64,000 nucleotides of DNA from Candidatus Saccharimonadota bacterium (lineage in GTDB: Bacteria > Patescibacteriota > Saccharimonadia > UBA4664), in the NCBI GenBank assembly GCA_019352195.1, contig JACAFG010000007.1, positions 10,046 to 74,045 on the forward strand, given 5' to 3'. Made by a program: the position numbers and the translations under genes. The notes beneath the pieces were generated by a model that was given only the letters and a program-made list of their open reading frames with translations, made no database searches and had not been told where the DNA came from. This document shows positions 48,182 through 59,468 of the stretch, piece by piece (positions within the stretch are counted from its first letter, which is position 1; each line of letters starts with the position of its first letter).

Positions 48182-48575
48182 ATGAAGCGCAAGAGTCTGA
48201 TCGCGAGCGCCACGGCCATCAGCTTGGCCACCATGCTCACGCTCTCTGCCTGCACCTCCGACGACCCTGAACCGTCCTCTGACAATTCGAGTTCGTCCAA
48301 CAACCTTCTACGACACCACGCTCGGGGATCTGGCCGTCGGTCAGTCGGGCTGCATTGTCTATCCGCCGGCCACGGGGCCCACCCCTCTCGGGAGCGACTC
48401 CACCAACACTGGCGACGATCTGAGCGCCTCTGACGCCAAAGTCGACGTCATCGTCCGGACGTCGTCCGGCTGGAAAGTCTGGCCGGCCACCACGGCCTAC
48501 GACACGAGTCGCACCCTGGCCGACGAGAATCAGGGTGCCACGATCACCGTCGCCAAGTTCAGCCCCGCGGCCTAG
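48182..48575 (+). pseudogene. frameshifted lipoprotein
   Basis: lipobox LSAC; deleting one C at 48304-48305 joins the frame to FYDTTLGDL...KFSPAA*. Confidence 0.65.
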
Positions 48576-48667
48576 CCGCACCGGCGCCATCAATCCAGAT
48601 AGTAGCCAAGGCCCCATACATTCACTTGTCTGGGGCCGCTCTGCGTCTTGGGCCCATTGCCTGCTAA

Positions 48668-51214
<2,547 letters not shown>

Positions 51215-51262
51215 CGCTATCACCCAGACAATCAGGGTAACTCAAAGCTCCCATAATGTCCG

Positions 51263-51541
51263 TCAGTCTTGGGGCGGCTTGGCAGCTTTCGGCTTCACTT
51301 TCCCTCGATGAGTCAGGCGTTTAACGCGTTCGACATGCTTCTCGGCCCAAGCAAATTCCGACGCCAGCACCACGAGCCCCAAAAAGATGAACGGGGTGCC
51401 GGGAAACGGCAGCGGGATCAGTACTAAGCCGAAGATCACGAGCAGGAAGCCCACAATAAAAACGGCCGTTTGACGTAGCCGTTTCCAAATCTGTTTTAGC
51501 AGCTTAATCGGTCCATCCAGATAAAATGGATACCGCGTCAA
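51263..51541 (-). CDS. PGPGW-like small membrane protein
   Basis: G......G..L..LP.PG......GL..LASEF.WA. Confidence 0.75.
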   Translation of the reverse strand: MTRYPFYLDGPIKLLKQIWKRLRQTAVFIVGFLLVIFGLVLIPLPFPGTPFIFLGLVVLASEFAWAEKHVERVKRLTHRGKVKPKAAKPPQD

Positions 51542-51753
51542 TCGAGGCCCCGTCCCCGCGGTCGAAATGAAAACACGATGCCACTCAGCGCCAATAATAA
51601 TTGGGACCCCACAAACAACGTCAGAAAGATCGTCCCTACAAGCGGCGGCTTGCCGGGAGCTTCCATCAGTTTGACGAGCAATACCAGCTGCGCCGAGGCT
51701 ACAATTAAAAGCACCGCCGAATAGCCGAGAAGTTTAGGAAAAACCAGTTTCAT
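51538..51753 (-). CDS. small membrane protein
   Basis: two TM segments; TATAAT 6 nt before ATG. Confidence 0.65.
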   Translation of the reverse strand: MKLVFPKLLGYSAVLLIVASAQLVLLVKLMEAPGKPPLVGTIFLTLFVGSQLLLALSGIVFSFRPRGRGLD

Positions 51754-51768
51754 GCGGCTATTATACAG

Positions 51769-51807
51769 CGTTACCCCGCCTGCACGGGGAGTGCAGGCGG
51801 GGTAACG
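51769..51807. terminator. long stem-loop
   Basis: CGTTACCCCGCCTGCAC-GGGGA-GTGCAGGCGGGGTAACG. Confidence 0.65.
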
Positions 51808-51820
51808 GTCAGGAACCGCG

Positions 51821-52393
51821 CTAGGACACGGCCAAACGCCGACGAGTCTGGCGTAGTGTTAGATTGTTTGCGGCCATCAACCCGCGGAGGGTGATGATGA
51901 CGTCGGCCGCCGCCCAGATCACCCTCCACTCGGTGGGCTTGAGCGCGGTCGGGTCGCCGGTCATGTCGTACACGGCTGTACGGTCGAAGGTCGCAGACAT
52001 CACCCGAAACACATTGGGCTGCTGCCGCTTCGATGTGCGCTCCGTAGAACACAGCGTGCACTTCTCGACGACGACGAAGCGTCGGTCTGCCCGCGCATTG
52101 CCGGACGGGCGGAACGACTTCGGGTAGCGGTGACCGCCGTTGGCGCGGCACTCGATTCCGAGGTAGTACTCCCCGATGATGGTTTCGAACATCATGCTCG
52201 TGAGTGTGGCGTAGTTGGTCGCCGGCGGGATGAAGATGTAGGCTCGGCGCTCGTGATCCGTGGCAGCTGCCTCGGAGATTGCTCCGGCCTTCACCAGAGC
52301 TTCCAGCATGCCCTCCACTTCGTTCAGATGCGGGATGATGCTGGCAACGCGACTGTCCGGGTTTGAGGTACGCTGGGACAAGGTACGGGACAA
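51821..52393 (-). CDS. hypothetical protein with possible Zn site
   Basis: AAGGAG RBS before TTG; CRANGGH..CTLC. Confidence 0.65.
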   Translation of the reverse strand: MSRTLSQRTSNPDSRVASIIPHLNEVEGMLEALVKAGAISEAAATDHERRAYIFIPPATNYATLTSMMFETIIGEYYLGIECRANGGHRYPKSFRPSGNARADRRFVVVEKCTLCSTERTSKRQQPNVFRVMSATFDRTAVYDMTGDPTALKPTEWRVIWAAADVIITLRGLMAANNLTLRQTRRRLAVS

Positions 52394-52550
52394 AGGATTA
52401 CTCCTTGGGACGGTCGCCGAAGCGACAGGGGTGACTTCAGATCCGAACTACTCTACCACAAATACATACATAAAGCAATATGCAAATTAAAGCACAATCA
52501 ATTTGACCGCACGCGCAAACTGTCATAAGCTATAACAGTTCGCACAACTT

Positions 52551-52653
52551 AGTCATATCAAGAGCGCAGCGAGGGACCTAGCCCGTCGACCTGCCACCAA
52601 CCCCAGCACGAGCTGTACGGTGGTTCATCTAGCCCGCAAGGGGAGATATAACT
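52551..52653 (+). promoter_or_regulatory. SAM-I family riboswitch
   Basis: ATCAAGAG..GAGGGAC.TAGCCC..GA..CAACC..GGTG..AGAT upstream of metK; P1 AGTCATATC/GATATAACT. Confidence 0.85.
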
Positions 52654-52694
52654 GGCACTATGCCTATCTTCACGCGGGAGAAAGGCATTTTTTA

Positions 52695-53834
52695 ATGTCA
52701 CACTCCACGTTTACGTCCGAATCAGTTTGCGCCGGTCATCCGGACAAAATCGCCGATCAAATAAGTGACGCCATTTTGGACGCCGTTTTAGCCGACGACC
52801 CAACAGGCCGTGTAGCCGTCGAAACGGCCGTCACCAAAGATCGCATCATTTTGTTTGGTGAACTCACCACCACCGCTCGTCTCGATTTTGTAGCACTTGC
52901 CCGCGCTAAAGTTCGCCAGCTGGGCTATACCCATCCAGAATGGGGCTTTAGCGATCAGTCGCCCGTCGAAGTCTATTTACAGCAACAGTCACCAGAAATT
53001 GCCCAAGGCGTCGACGACAATGGTGCCGGCGACCAGGGGATGATGTTTGGCTACGCCACGAATGAAACCGTGGAGCTATTGCCTCTGCCCATTGTGCTAG
53101 CTCACGCGCTCACGCGAGCTTTAGACGAAGTTCAAAGTACGACCCTCCCATACCTTCGTCCCGACGGCAAAGCCCAGGTCACCGTTATCTATGACCACGA
53201 TAAACCCATCGGCATCCAACAAGTTACCATCGCCAAACCCCATGACGAGTCCCAAACCCTCGAACACGTTAAATCAGACCTCTACAGACACGTTATCACC
53301 CCTGTACTAGCCCGCTACGGCCATAAAATCGCGGAGTCGCACATTATCGTCAATGGTACTGGCGTCTGGCATCACCCGGGACCAGCGGTCGACGCCGGAC
53401 TTACCGGCCGCAAAATCGTCGTCGACGGCTACGGTGGCTACGCGCGCGTTGGTGGCGGCGCCTTTAGCGGCAAAGATCCGTCCAAAGTCGACCGCTCCGG
53501 CGCCTATGCCGCGCGTTACCTGGCTAAACACATTGTCGCCGCTGGACTCGCCACGCGCGCCGAAGTCTCCTTGGCTTATTTCATTGGCGCTAAACAATCC
53601 GTCGCCACTGAAATTAATACCTTCGGGACCGGCACCGTCCCCGACGCCGACATTAAAGACTTTGCGGATCGTTTGCTTGACACCTCCGTTAAAGGTATCG
53701 TTACCGGCCTAAACTTGCTCCAACCGATTTATGCTGCCACCGCCGCCTACGGCCACTTTGGAAAGTCAGACTTACCCTGGGAACGTACGGCCAGCGCAAC
53801 CACCAATAATAACGCCGGTGCCAAAGCGAAATGA
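52695..53834 (+). CDS. metK: S-adenosylmethionine synthetase
   Basis: FTSESV..GHPDK, GAGDQG, DGKAQV, GLTGRK, GGGAFSGKDPSKVDRS. Confidence 0.98.
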   Translation: MSHSTFTSESVCAGHPDKIADQISDAILDAVLADDPTGRVAVETAVTKDRIILFGELTTTARLDFVALARAKVRQLGYTHPEWGFSDQSPVEVYLQQQSPEIAQGVDDNGAGDQGMMFGYATNETVELLPLPIVLAHALTRALDEVQSTTLPYLRPDGKAQVTVIYDHDKPIGIQQVTIAKPHDESQTLEHVKSDLYRHVITPVLARYGHKIAESHIIVNGTGVWHHPGPAVDAGLTGRKIVVDGYGGYARVGGGAFSGKDPSKVDRSGAYAARYLAKHIVAAGLATRAEVSLAYFIGAKQSVATEINTFGTGTVPDADIKDFADRLLDTSVKGIVTGLNLLQPIYAATAAYGHFGKSDLPWERTASATTNNNAGAKAK

Positions 53835-53969
53835 TGTGCCTTAAGTCGTGGTAAAATGTCGACATAAGGCCCCTAACGAGGTGCGAAATGCGCTAGATAG
53901 TTTGTTCACCCAGTAAGTAAAACTCCGTAACATTTGTGCTGCCAGCATGAATGATCGAAAGAAGGGTCT

Positions 53970-54065
53970 ATGTCGAAAGATAAGGGTAAAAAAGAGGCTA
54001 AGAAGCCTAAACAGGCTAAGAAGCCAAAGATTATCACGAGCCTGCCGCCAACTACCGGCAAATAA
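53970..54065 (+). CDS. putative 31-aa lysine-rich peptide
   Basis: GAAGGG RBS, MSKDKGKKEAKKPKQAKKPKIITSLPPTTGK. Confidence 0.45.
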   Translation: MSKDKGKKEAKKPKQAKKPKIITSLPPTTGK

Positions 54066-54172
54066 CAGTCTCAAACCATAAAGGCGCCGAATAGGCGCCT
54101 TTAAAGTATCATCCTTAGGAAATGTTAATGTTCGGATTTTGTATGGCTCGATAGGTCTGATAACATTGAGCA

Positions 54173-54802
54173 ATGCTAGTTTTGATTGACGAGTCCGGCG
54201 ATCCCGGCTTCAAGATTACTAAAGGTTCAACACCTGTATTTATTATTACGGCTGTAATTTTTGATGATACCCTGATGGCAGAAAAAGTTGCGGTAGATCT
54301 AAAACTTCTGAAACGTGAGCTAAAACTACCTGATGATTATGAGTACCACTTCTATAACACTCGCCCGAGAATAAGGGAGGCTTTTCTTCGAAAGGCGGTT
54401 GAGGGAGACTTTAGAGTCCGGTCAATAGTAATGGATAAGTCAAAAATCACGAGCGATGAGTTCAAAAATAGCAAAAGCTCGTTCTACAACTACACGCTTA
54501 AATCACTACTGAAAGATCCAACGGCGCGAATCAACCAAGCATCAATAAAGTTGGATGGGCGAGGAGATAGAGAATACAAGCGTGCCGCCGGCACTTACCT
54601 TAGACGCGAACTAAATACAAAGACGAATCACATGATTATTAAATTTCGGTACGTTGATTCCAAAAATGATACTTTGATCCAACTCGCCGATATGGCGTCT
54701 GGCGCTATTTACCGCTCGTATCAAACTGATAAAACTGATTCTGCCCTATATCGGGGTATACTCACCCCAAAGATCGAAAACATCTGGGAATTCGGTATAT
54801 AA
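54173..54802 (+). CDS. DUF3800 domain protein
   Basis: IDESGD.G, E.HF, DSK...IQLAD..SGAI. Confidence 0.9.
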   Translation: MLVLIDESGDPGFKITKGSTPVFIITAVIFDDTLMAEKVAVDLKLLKRELKLPDDYEYHFYNTRPRIREAFLRKAVEGDFRVRSIVMDKSKITSDEFKNSKSSFYNYTLKSLLKDPTARINQASIKLDGRGDREYKRAAGTYLRRELNTKTNHMIIKFRYVDSKNDTLIQLADMASGAIYRSYQTDKTDSALYRGILTPKIENIWEFGI

Positions 54803-54808
54803 CAAAGC

Positions 54809-54876
54809 GATCCACTTTTCTATTCTGGTTGTCCCAGACACGCGCACCTTTACGGCGACAGTTCGAAAAGTGGATC
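54809..54876 (-). ncRNA. structured RNA candidate 3' of DUF3800 gene
   Basis: 12-bp stem GATCCACTTTTC/GAAAAGTGGATC enclosing sub-hairpins; minus-strand TGCTATAAT at 54897-54889. Confidence 0.6.
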
Positions 54877-55072
54877 ATTTGTAATGCAATTATAGCACAA
54901 ATGTGTTACGAAATTATACGTTTTACCACAATCAGACTATGCCAGTTATGTAACGACTAAGCTTACACCATTCTTACTTGACCTAATACTAAGTTGCCAC
55001 CTATGGTCTTTGCTGATAGCCTGCAAGAGTTTGCGCCGTAATTTAGCGAGTCTTTTAGTATACTCATATCAT

Positions 55073-56365
55073 ATGAATACCATCAAATGCCCCAACTGCG
55101 GTCAAGCAATCGAGATTAGCGAAGCCCTTCAGGGCCAAATTGAAGCCCAAGTGCTGGCGGCTGAGCACGCCAAACACCAAACAGAGCTCGACCAAGTGCG
55201 GGCTGAGAGTGCCAGCGAAGCGAAGCGTGCCACGGAGGCTGCTAAAGTCGCCGCCCAGCGGCAGCTCGATGGGGAAAAGAAGCTGTTAGAAGAACAAGCG
55301 GCGGCCGATTTGGAGCTTGCCAAAACCCGCCTTCAGGCCGACATTGCCAATCAACAGCGTCAAAGCGCCGCCGAAAACGAGCTAGCGATTAAACGCGCTC
55401 AAGATGACGCCGCGGCCGAAAAACTAGCCAGCAGTAAACTGCGCGACCAGTTAAGCGAAATTATGACCGAATTACGCGCCGAACGTCAGGCCAAAGAAAA
55501 CGCCCAGCTCGAAGCCCAAAAAAAGCTCGCCGAAGACGAAAGCCAAATTCGCGAAACCGCCACGCGTGAAGCCGACGAACGGCACCGGCTCGATGAAGCG
55601 GCCAAAGACAAGCGCATCGCCGACATGCAGCGCGCCTTAGATGAAGCTCAGCGCAAAGGTGCTCAGGGCAGCCAGCAGCTGCAAGGCGAAATCATGGAGC
55701 TCGACTTCGAAGGCGCCTTGGCGACAGCCTTCCGCGACGATCTCGTTGAACCGATCGCCAAAGGGGTTCGCGGCGGTGATATTCGCCAAACCGTCCGCAG
55801 CGGGCAGGGCACCGTGTGCGGCGTCATGCTATGGGAGATTAAGCGCACTAAAAACTGGACCGAAGGCTGGATCGGTAAGCTTAAAGAAGATCTGCGAAGC
55901 GAAAAAGCCAATATCCCGATCATTGTCACCGAAGCCATGCCGAAAGACTCGGCGCAAGACATTATGAATCACGAAGGCGTTTGGATCTGTAAGCCGGCGT
56001 TAGCGGTCGTACTCGGCACTTTATTGCGCAAAAGCCTGCTCGATGTCGGTCGTCAAAAAGCCCTTGATGCCAATCGCACCACCAACGCCGAAGCGCTGTA
56101 TAACTTTGTAACGAGCCACGAGTTTGTCCAACAAATCGAAGTTATGGTCGAAACGTATCGGGACATGAACGAGCAAGTCACCAAAGAACGTGTCGCGTTT
56201 GAAAAACTATGGGCCCAGCGAGAAAAGCAGGCCCAACGATTATTGCTGGGGACAGCCAATATTATTGGTAGTATGCAGGGCCAAATTGGCCAAGCTTCGA
56301 TGCCCCGCATTAAAGGCCTAGAGTTGGGCGACGGTGAAGAATCTGACATTAGCCGGCTGATATAG
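55073..56365 (+). CDS. DUF2130 domain protein
   Basis: IKCP.CG..I, coiled coil, GSQQLQGE..EL, KG..GGD, WE.KRTKNW. Confidence 0.9.
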   Translation: MNTIKCPNCGQAIEISEALQGQIEAQVLAAEHAKHQTELDQVRAESASEAKRATEAAKVAAQRQLDGEKKLLEEQAAADLELAKTRLQADIANQQRQSAAENELAIKRAQDDAAAEKLASSKLRDQLSEIMTELRAERQAKENAQLEAQKKLAEDESQIRETATREADERHRLDEAAKDKRIADMQRALDEAQRKGAQGSQQLQGEIMELDFEGALATAFRDDLVEPIAKGVRGGDIRQTVRSGQGTVCGVMLWEIKRTKNWTEGWIGKLKEDLRSEKANIPIIVTEAMPKDSAQDIMNHEGVWICKPALAVVLGTLLRKSLLDVGRQKALDANRTTNAEALYNFVTSHEFVQQIEVMVETYRDMNEQVTKERVAFEKLWAQREKQAQRLLLGTANIIGSMQGQIGQASMPRIKGLELGDGEESDISRLI

Positions 56366-56422
56366 TAGCTAGCCACATGTCCCACCAAAACTTGTTTTAA
56401 CCCCAATACTCAGCGATAATAA

Positions 56423-56886
56423 CCAGGCGCGACTGTAGTACGACCATGACAGTCGGCCGGATTAAGCAGCGCCGTAGGAGGCTGCTCGTTGCCCCAAGTG
56501 GGCTCGTGATGCCCTAGCCAGGCCCTTCACCGCTTTTAACGTAAGAACTGGTTCATGTCTCCCGCTCAAGCGATGACTAAAACCGCCGAAAGTTGGCTTC
56601 GGGACGCTCACCCGAGCACCATCGCACTACAATCTGAGGTTCGATGAGCCTGTACCCACCTCAGACTTGCTCGCAGCGACACGGTAGTCCGTTCGTGTGT
56701 TGCGGCAAACACGGGTTACCAGGCCTAGACAGCCAGAAGGGTGGCGTAGAAGCCGCCATCCTCCAAGGAGTGCACAATAGCTCACTGGCCGAGCCGAACC
56801 AACCCGCCGGTGGGGGTGGTCATTTGGCCACCCCCACCACCCCATTTGCGACCCCAGCCTCACCGGCTCGGGTCGCTCTTCATTTT
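56423..56886 (+). ncRNA. large structured non-coding RNA candidate (unassigned)
   Basis: TTGTTT-17-GATAAT promoter (56392-56420), about ten consecutive hairpins, terminal hairpin plus pyrimidine/T tract, no convincing ORF. Confidence 0.6.
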
Positions 56887-56921
56887 GAACGGCGAGCCCG
56901 AGCCTGTATGATAGAATCCTC

Positions 56922-57770
56922 ATGAACTACACCGTCTTGTTGTATTACAACTACGTCACGTTGCCCGATCCCGAAGCCGAACGGGTGTGGCAGCGTCAGC
57001 TCTGCGAACAACTAGACCTCAAGGGGCGGATCTTGCTCGCCACCGAAGGCATCAACGGCACCGTCGCCGGATCAAAATCGGCCACTGACGACTATATGGC
57101 AGCGATGGCTAGTCACGCTCAGTTCGCCACGACCGAGTTTAAAATTGATACCTATGACAAAATGCCGTTCCCACGGCTTTCAATCAAAGTGCGACCTGAA
57201 ATTGTCACCTTAGGCGTTAACGTCGACCCGGCCGCAACCGCGCCCAAACTCACCGCCGAACAGTTTAACGAGCTGATTACCGACCCCAACATGGTCTTAT
57301 TCGATGCCCGCAATAATTACGAATCGGCCATCGGCAAATTTAAAGGCGCTCTGACGCCCGATATTAGTCTGTTTAAAGACTTTCCCGAAGCGCTCGACGA
57401 CTACGAAGACCTCAAAGATAAAACTATTATTACCTACTGCACGGGCGGAATTCGCTGCGAAAAAGCTTCCGCGCTGATGCTACAACGCGGTTTTAGTAAG
57501 GTTTATCAGCTCGACGGGGGCATTATTAAGTACGCCCAGAAATACCCCGAGGGCGCGTTTGAAGGCAATTGCTTTGTTTTTGATGAGCGCATGAGCGTCG
57601 CCTTTAGCGATGATCCCGAGGTGCTGAGCAACTGTGTGTTTTGCGAGGCCCCAACCAGCCATTATCAAAACTGCGCTAACCCACGATGCCACAAGCTCAT
57701 GCTTGTCTGCGAAGACTGCACCCAGACCACCAAAACTTGTAGCCAAATCTGCGCTAACATCTTGGTTTGA
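56922..57770 (+). CDS. trhO: rhodanese-domain tRNA uridine(34) hydroxylase TrhO/YceA family
   Basis: GRILLA.EGINGT, D.RN.YE..IG.F, YCTGGIRCEKAS, L.GGI.KY, FVFD.R. Confidence 0.9.
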   Translation: MNYTVLLYYNYVTLPDPEAERVWQRQLCEQLDLKGRILLATEGINGTVAGSKSATDDYMAAMASHAQFATTEFKIDTYDKMPFPRLSIKVRPEIVTLGVNVDPAATAPKLTAEQFNELITDPNMVLFDARNNYESAIGKFKGALTPDISLFKDFPEALDDYEDLKDKTIITYCTGGIRCEKASALMLQRGFSKVYQLDGGIIKYAQKYPEGAFEGNCFVFDERMSVAFSDDPEVLSNCVFCEAPTSHYQNCANPRCHKLMLVCEDCTQTTKTCSQICANILV

Positions 57771-57808
57771 TAATGCCCCAGGGTCATTACTAAGCTCACA
57801 AGGATGAA

Positions 57809-58714
57809 ATGAAGCCACGAGCGACATTAAGCCCAGCCCTCCAGCCTAAACCGCCGTGGTCGCTGGCCTTTGAGGCGATTGGTACGACTTGGCAGATTAA
57901 GCTTTATGACGACGTGCCCGGCGAAGCGGGCGCCACGCTAACAGCCGCCATTCATCGGCGAATCAAAGCTTTCGACCAGGTGTATTCCCGCTTTCGTACC
58001 GATTCCATCGTCACGGCCATGGCAACGCGAGCCGGGACCTACACCCTGCCTCCTGATGCCGACGCCTTAATCAAGCTCTACCATGAACTCTATGTCGTAA
58101 CCAATGGCGCCATGACCCCGCTCATCGGACAATCACTTGTTGAGGCCGGCTACGATGCCAATTATTCGCTCCAACCCGGACAGCTCCATGAACTGCCAAC
58201 TTGGGACGAAACGCTCAGCTGGCAGGCACCCAAGCTGACTCTTAAACAACCGGCCTGGCTGGATTTTGGCGCCGCTGGCAAAGGCTATTTGGTCGACCTC
58301 GTGTCCGAAGTAATCGAGTCGGCCGGCTACCACCGTTACAGCGTTGATGCTGGCGGAGATATCAAAATTCATACCAAGAACAACCTTAAAGTTGGCCTCG
58401 AACATCCTGACGATCCAACCCAAATTATTGGCGTCGCTAGCCTTTCTAACGCCAGTTTATGCGGCTCGGCTGGCAACCGCCGGGCGTGGGCCAGTTTTCA
58501 TCACATTATCGATCCCAGAACGCTGGCCTCGCCACGCCATTTACGCGCCGTTTGGGTAAGCGCTGCTTCAACCATCTTAGCTGACGCCCTCACCACGGCC
58601 CTTTATATGGCCCCAGCCAGCCTGCTTAAACCACAGTTTGAATTCGAGTTCTGCCTTATTTATGACGATTACCACCGTGAATCATCAGATGGTTTTCCCG
58701 CCAAATTCTTTTAG
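57809..58714 (+). CDS. apbE: FAD:protein FMN transferase (second ApbE)
   Basis: FEAIGT, YSRFR.DS, LD.GAAGKG, AGGD, HHIIDPRT. Confidence 0.9.
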   Translation: MKPRATLSPALQPKPPWSLAFEAIGTTWQIKLYDDVPGEAGATLTAAIHRRIKAFDQVYSRFRTDSIVTAMATRAGTYTLPPDADALIKLYHELYVVTNGAMTPLIGQSLVEAGYDANYSLQPGQLHELPTWDETLSWQAPKLTLKQPAWLDFGAAGKGYLVDLVSEVIESAGYHRYSVDAGGDIKIHTKNNLKVGLEHPDDPTQIIGVASLSNASLCGSAGNRRAWASFHHIIDPRTLASPRHLRAVWVSAASTILADALTTALYMAPASLLKPQFEFEFCLIYDDYHRESSDGFPAKFF

Positions 58715-58779
58715 TTAACACGAAACGTCCCCAGCTCATGCAACTTCGCACGAGCCAGGGACGATTGAGATCGGTGGAA

Positions 58780-59334
58780 TCAGGCGGCAACGCCAGCAGC
58801 CGCGTCGGGCAGGTCAGGAACGAGGCGGATGTGGCCCCGCGTGTCAGCCGCATCGGCCGGCGGATCGGGGACGAGCTCCAGCTGGGGCGCTGGGGCGGGG
58901 GATCCGGCCAGCTGGCCGGCTGGGTCAATGACGGCCAAGTGAGCGCCGACGAACTGCTCCAGTGTACCGGTCACCTCGGCCTGCAGCACTTGGCCGCCGA
59001 TGGACTTGATGAACGCCGGATCGAGGCCGAACAGACCGAGCCTCAGACCGTCGAACAGCTCGCGCAGTTCGGCTGGGGACAGGTAGTCGTCGGGCAAGGG
59101 GCCCCCGACGCGACACGTGGTACCCAGCTGGAGCCGGCCCACGCGCGACCACGAAGTCAATGCCAGGGTGAAGGTGCCCCACATGCCTCGGTCGAGGTCC
59201 CAGGACCACGGCGTGATCCCGACGAAACCGACCGGCTGCACTGACGGTTGTAACCGCTGTGCGGACAAATCCATTCCCTGCAACAGCGTATTGAGCTGGC
59301 AGAGAATGTCATGCTTATCTAGCGACATTGCCAT
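58780..59334 (-). CDS. hypothetical protein
   Basis: GGAG RBS, TTGACA..TAGAAT promoter upstream, high GC3. Confidence 0.6.
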   Translation of the reverse strand: MAMSLDKHDILCQLNTLLQGMDLSAQRLQPSVQPVGFVGITPWSWDLDRGMWGTFTLALTSWSRVGRLQLGTTCRVGGPLPDDYLSPAELRELFDGLRLGLFGLDPAFIKSIGGQVLQAEVTGTLEQFVGAHLAVIDPAGQLAGSPAPAPQLELVPDPPADAADTRGHIRLVPDLPDAAAGVAA

Positions 59335-59468
59335 CACTCCCAAGAGGCTTGGATGAATCAATGAACACGTAACAGTATTATCATTCTACCTATACCGCTT
59401 AGTGTCAAGCATAAGATGTATAAAATGCGTGACCTGCTATAATTAGTATAGTAATTGAGGCCAGTACC

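Noticed and set aside
52620-52694. N-terminal extension of MetK in the ORF track
   Set aside because: It overlaps the SAM riboswitch; the conserved FTSESV begins just after ATG 52695.
56423-56886. RNase P RNA, tmRNA or self-splicing intron
   Set aside because: No GAGGAAAGTCC or ACAGAA.CCGGCTTA, no tRNA-like ends or convincing tag frame, no group II domain V, and no interrupted host gene.
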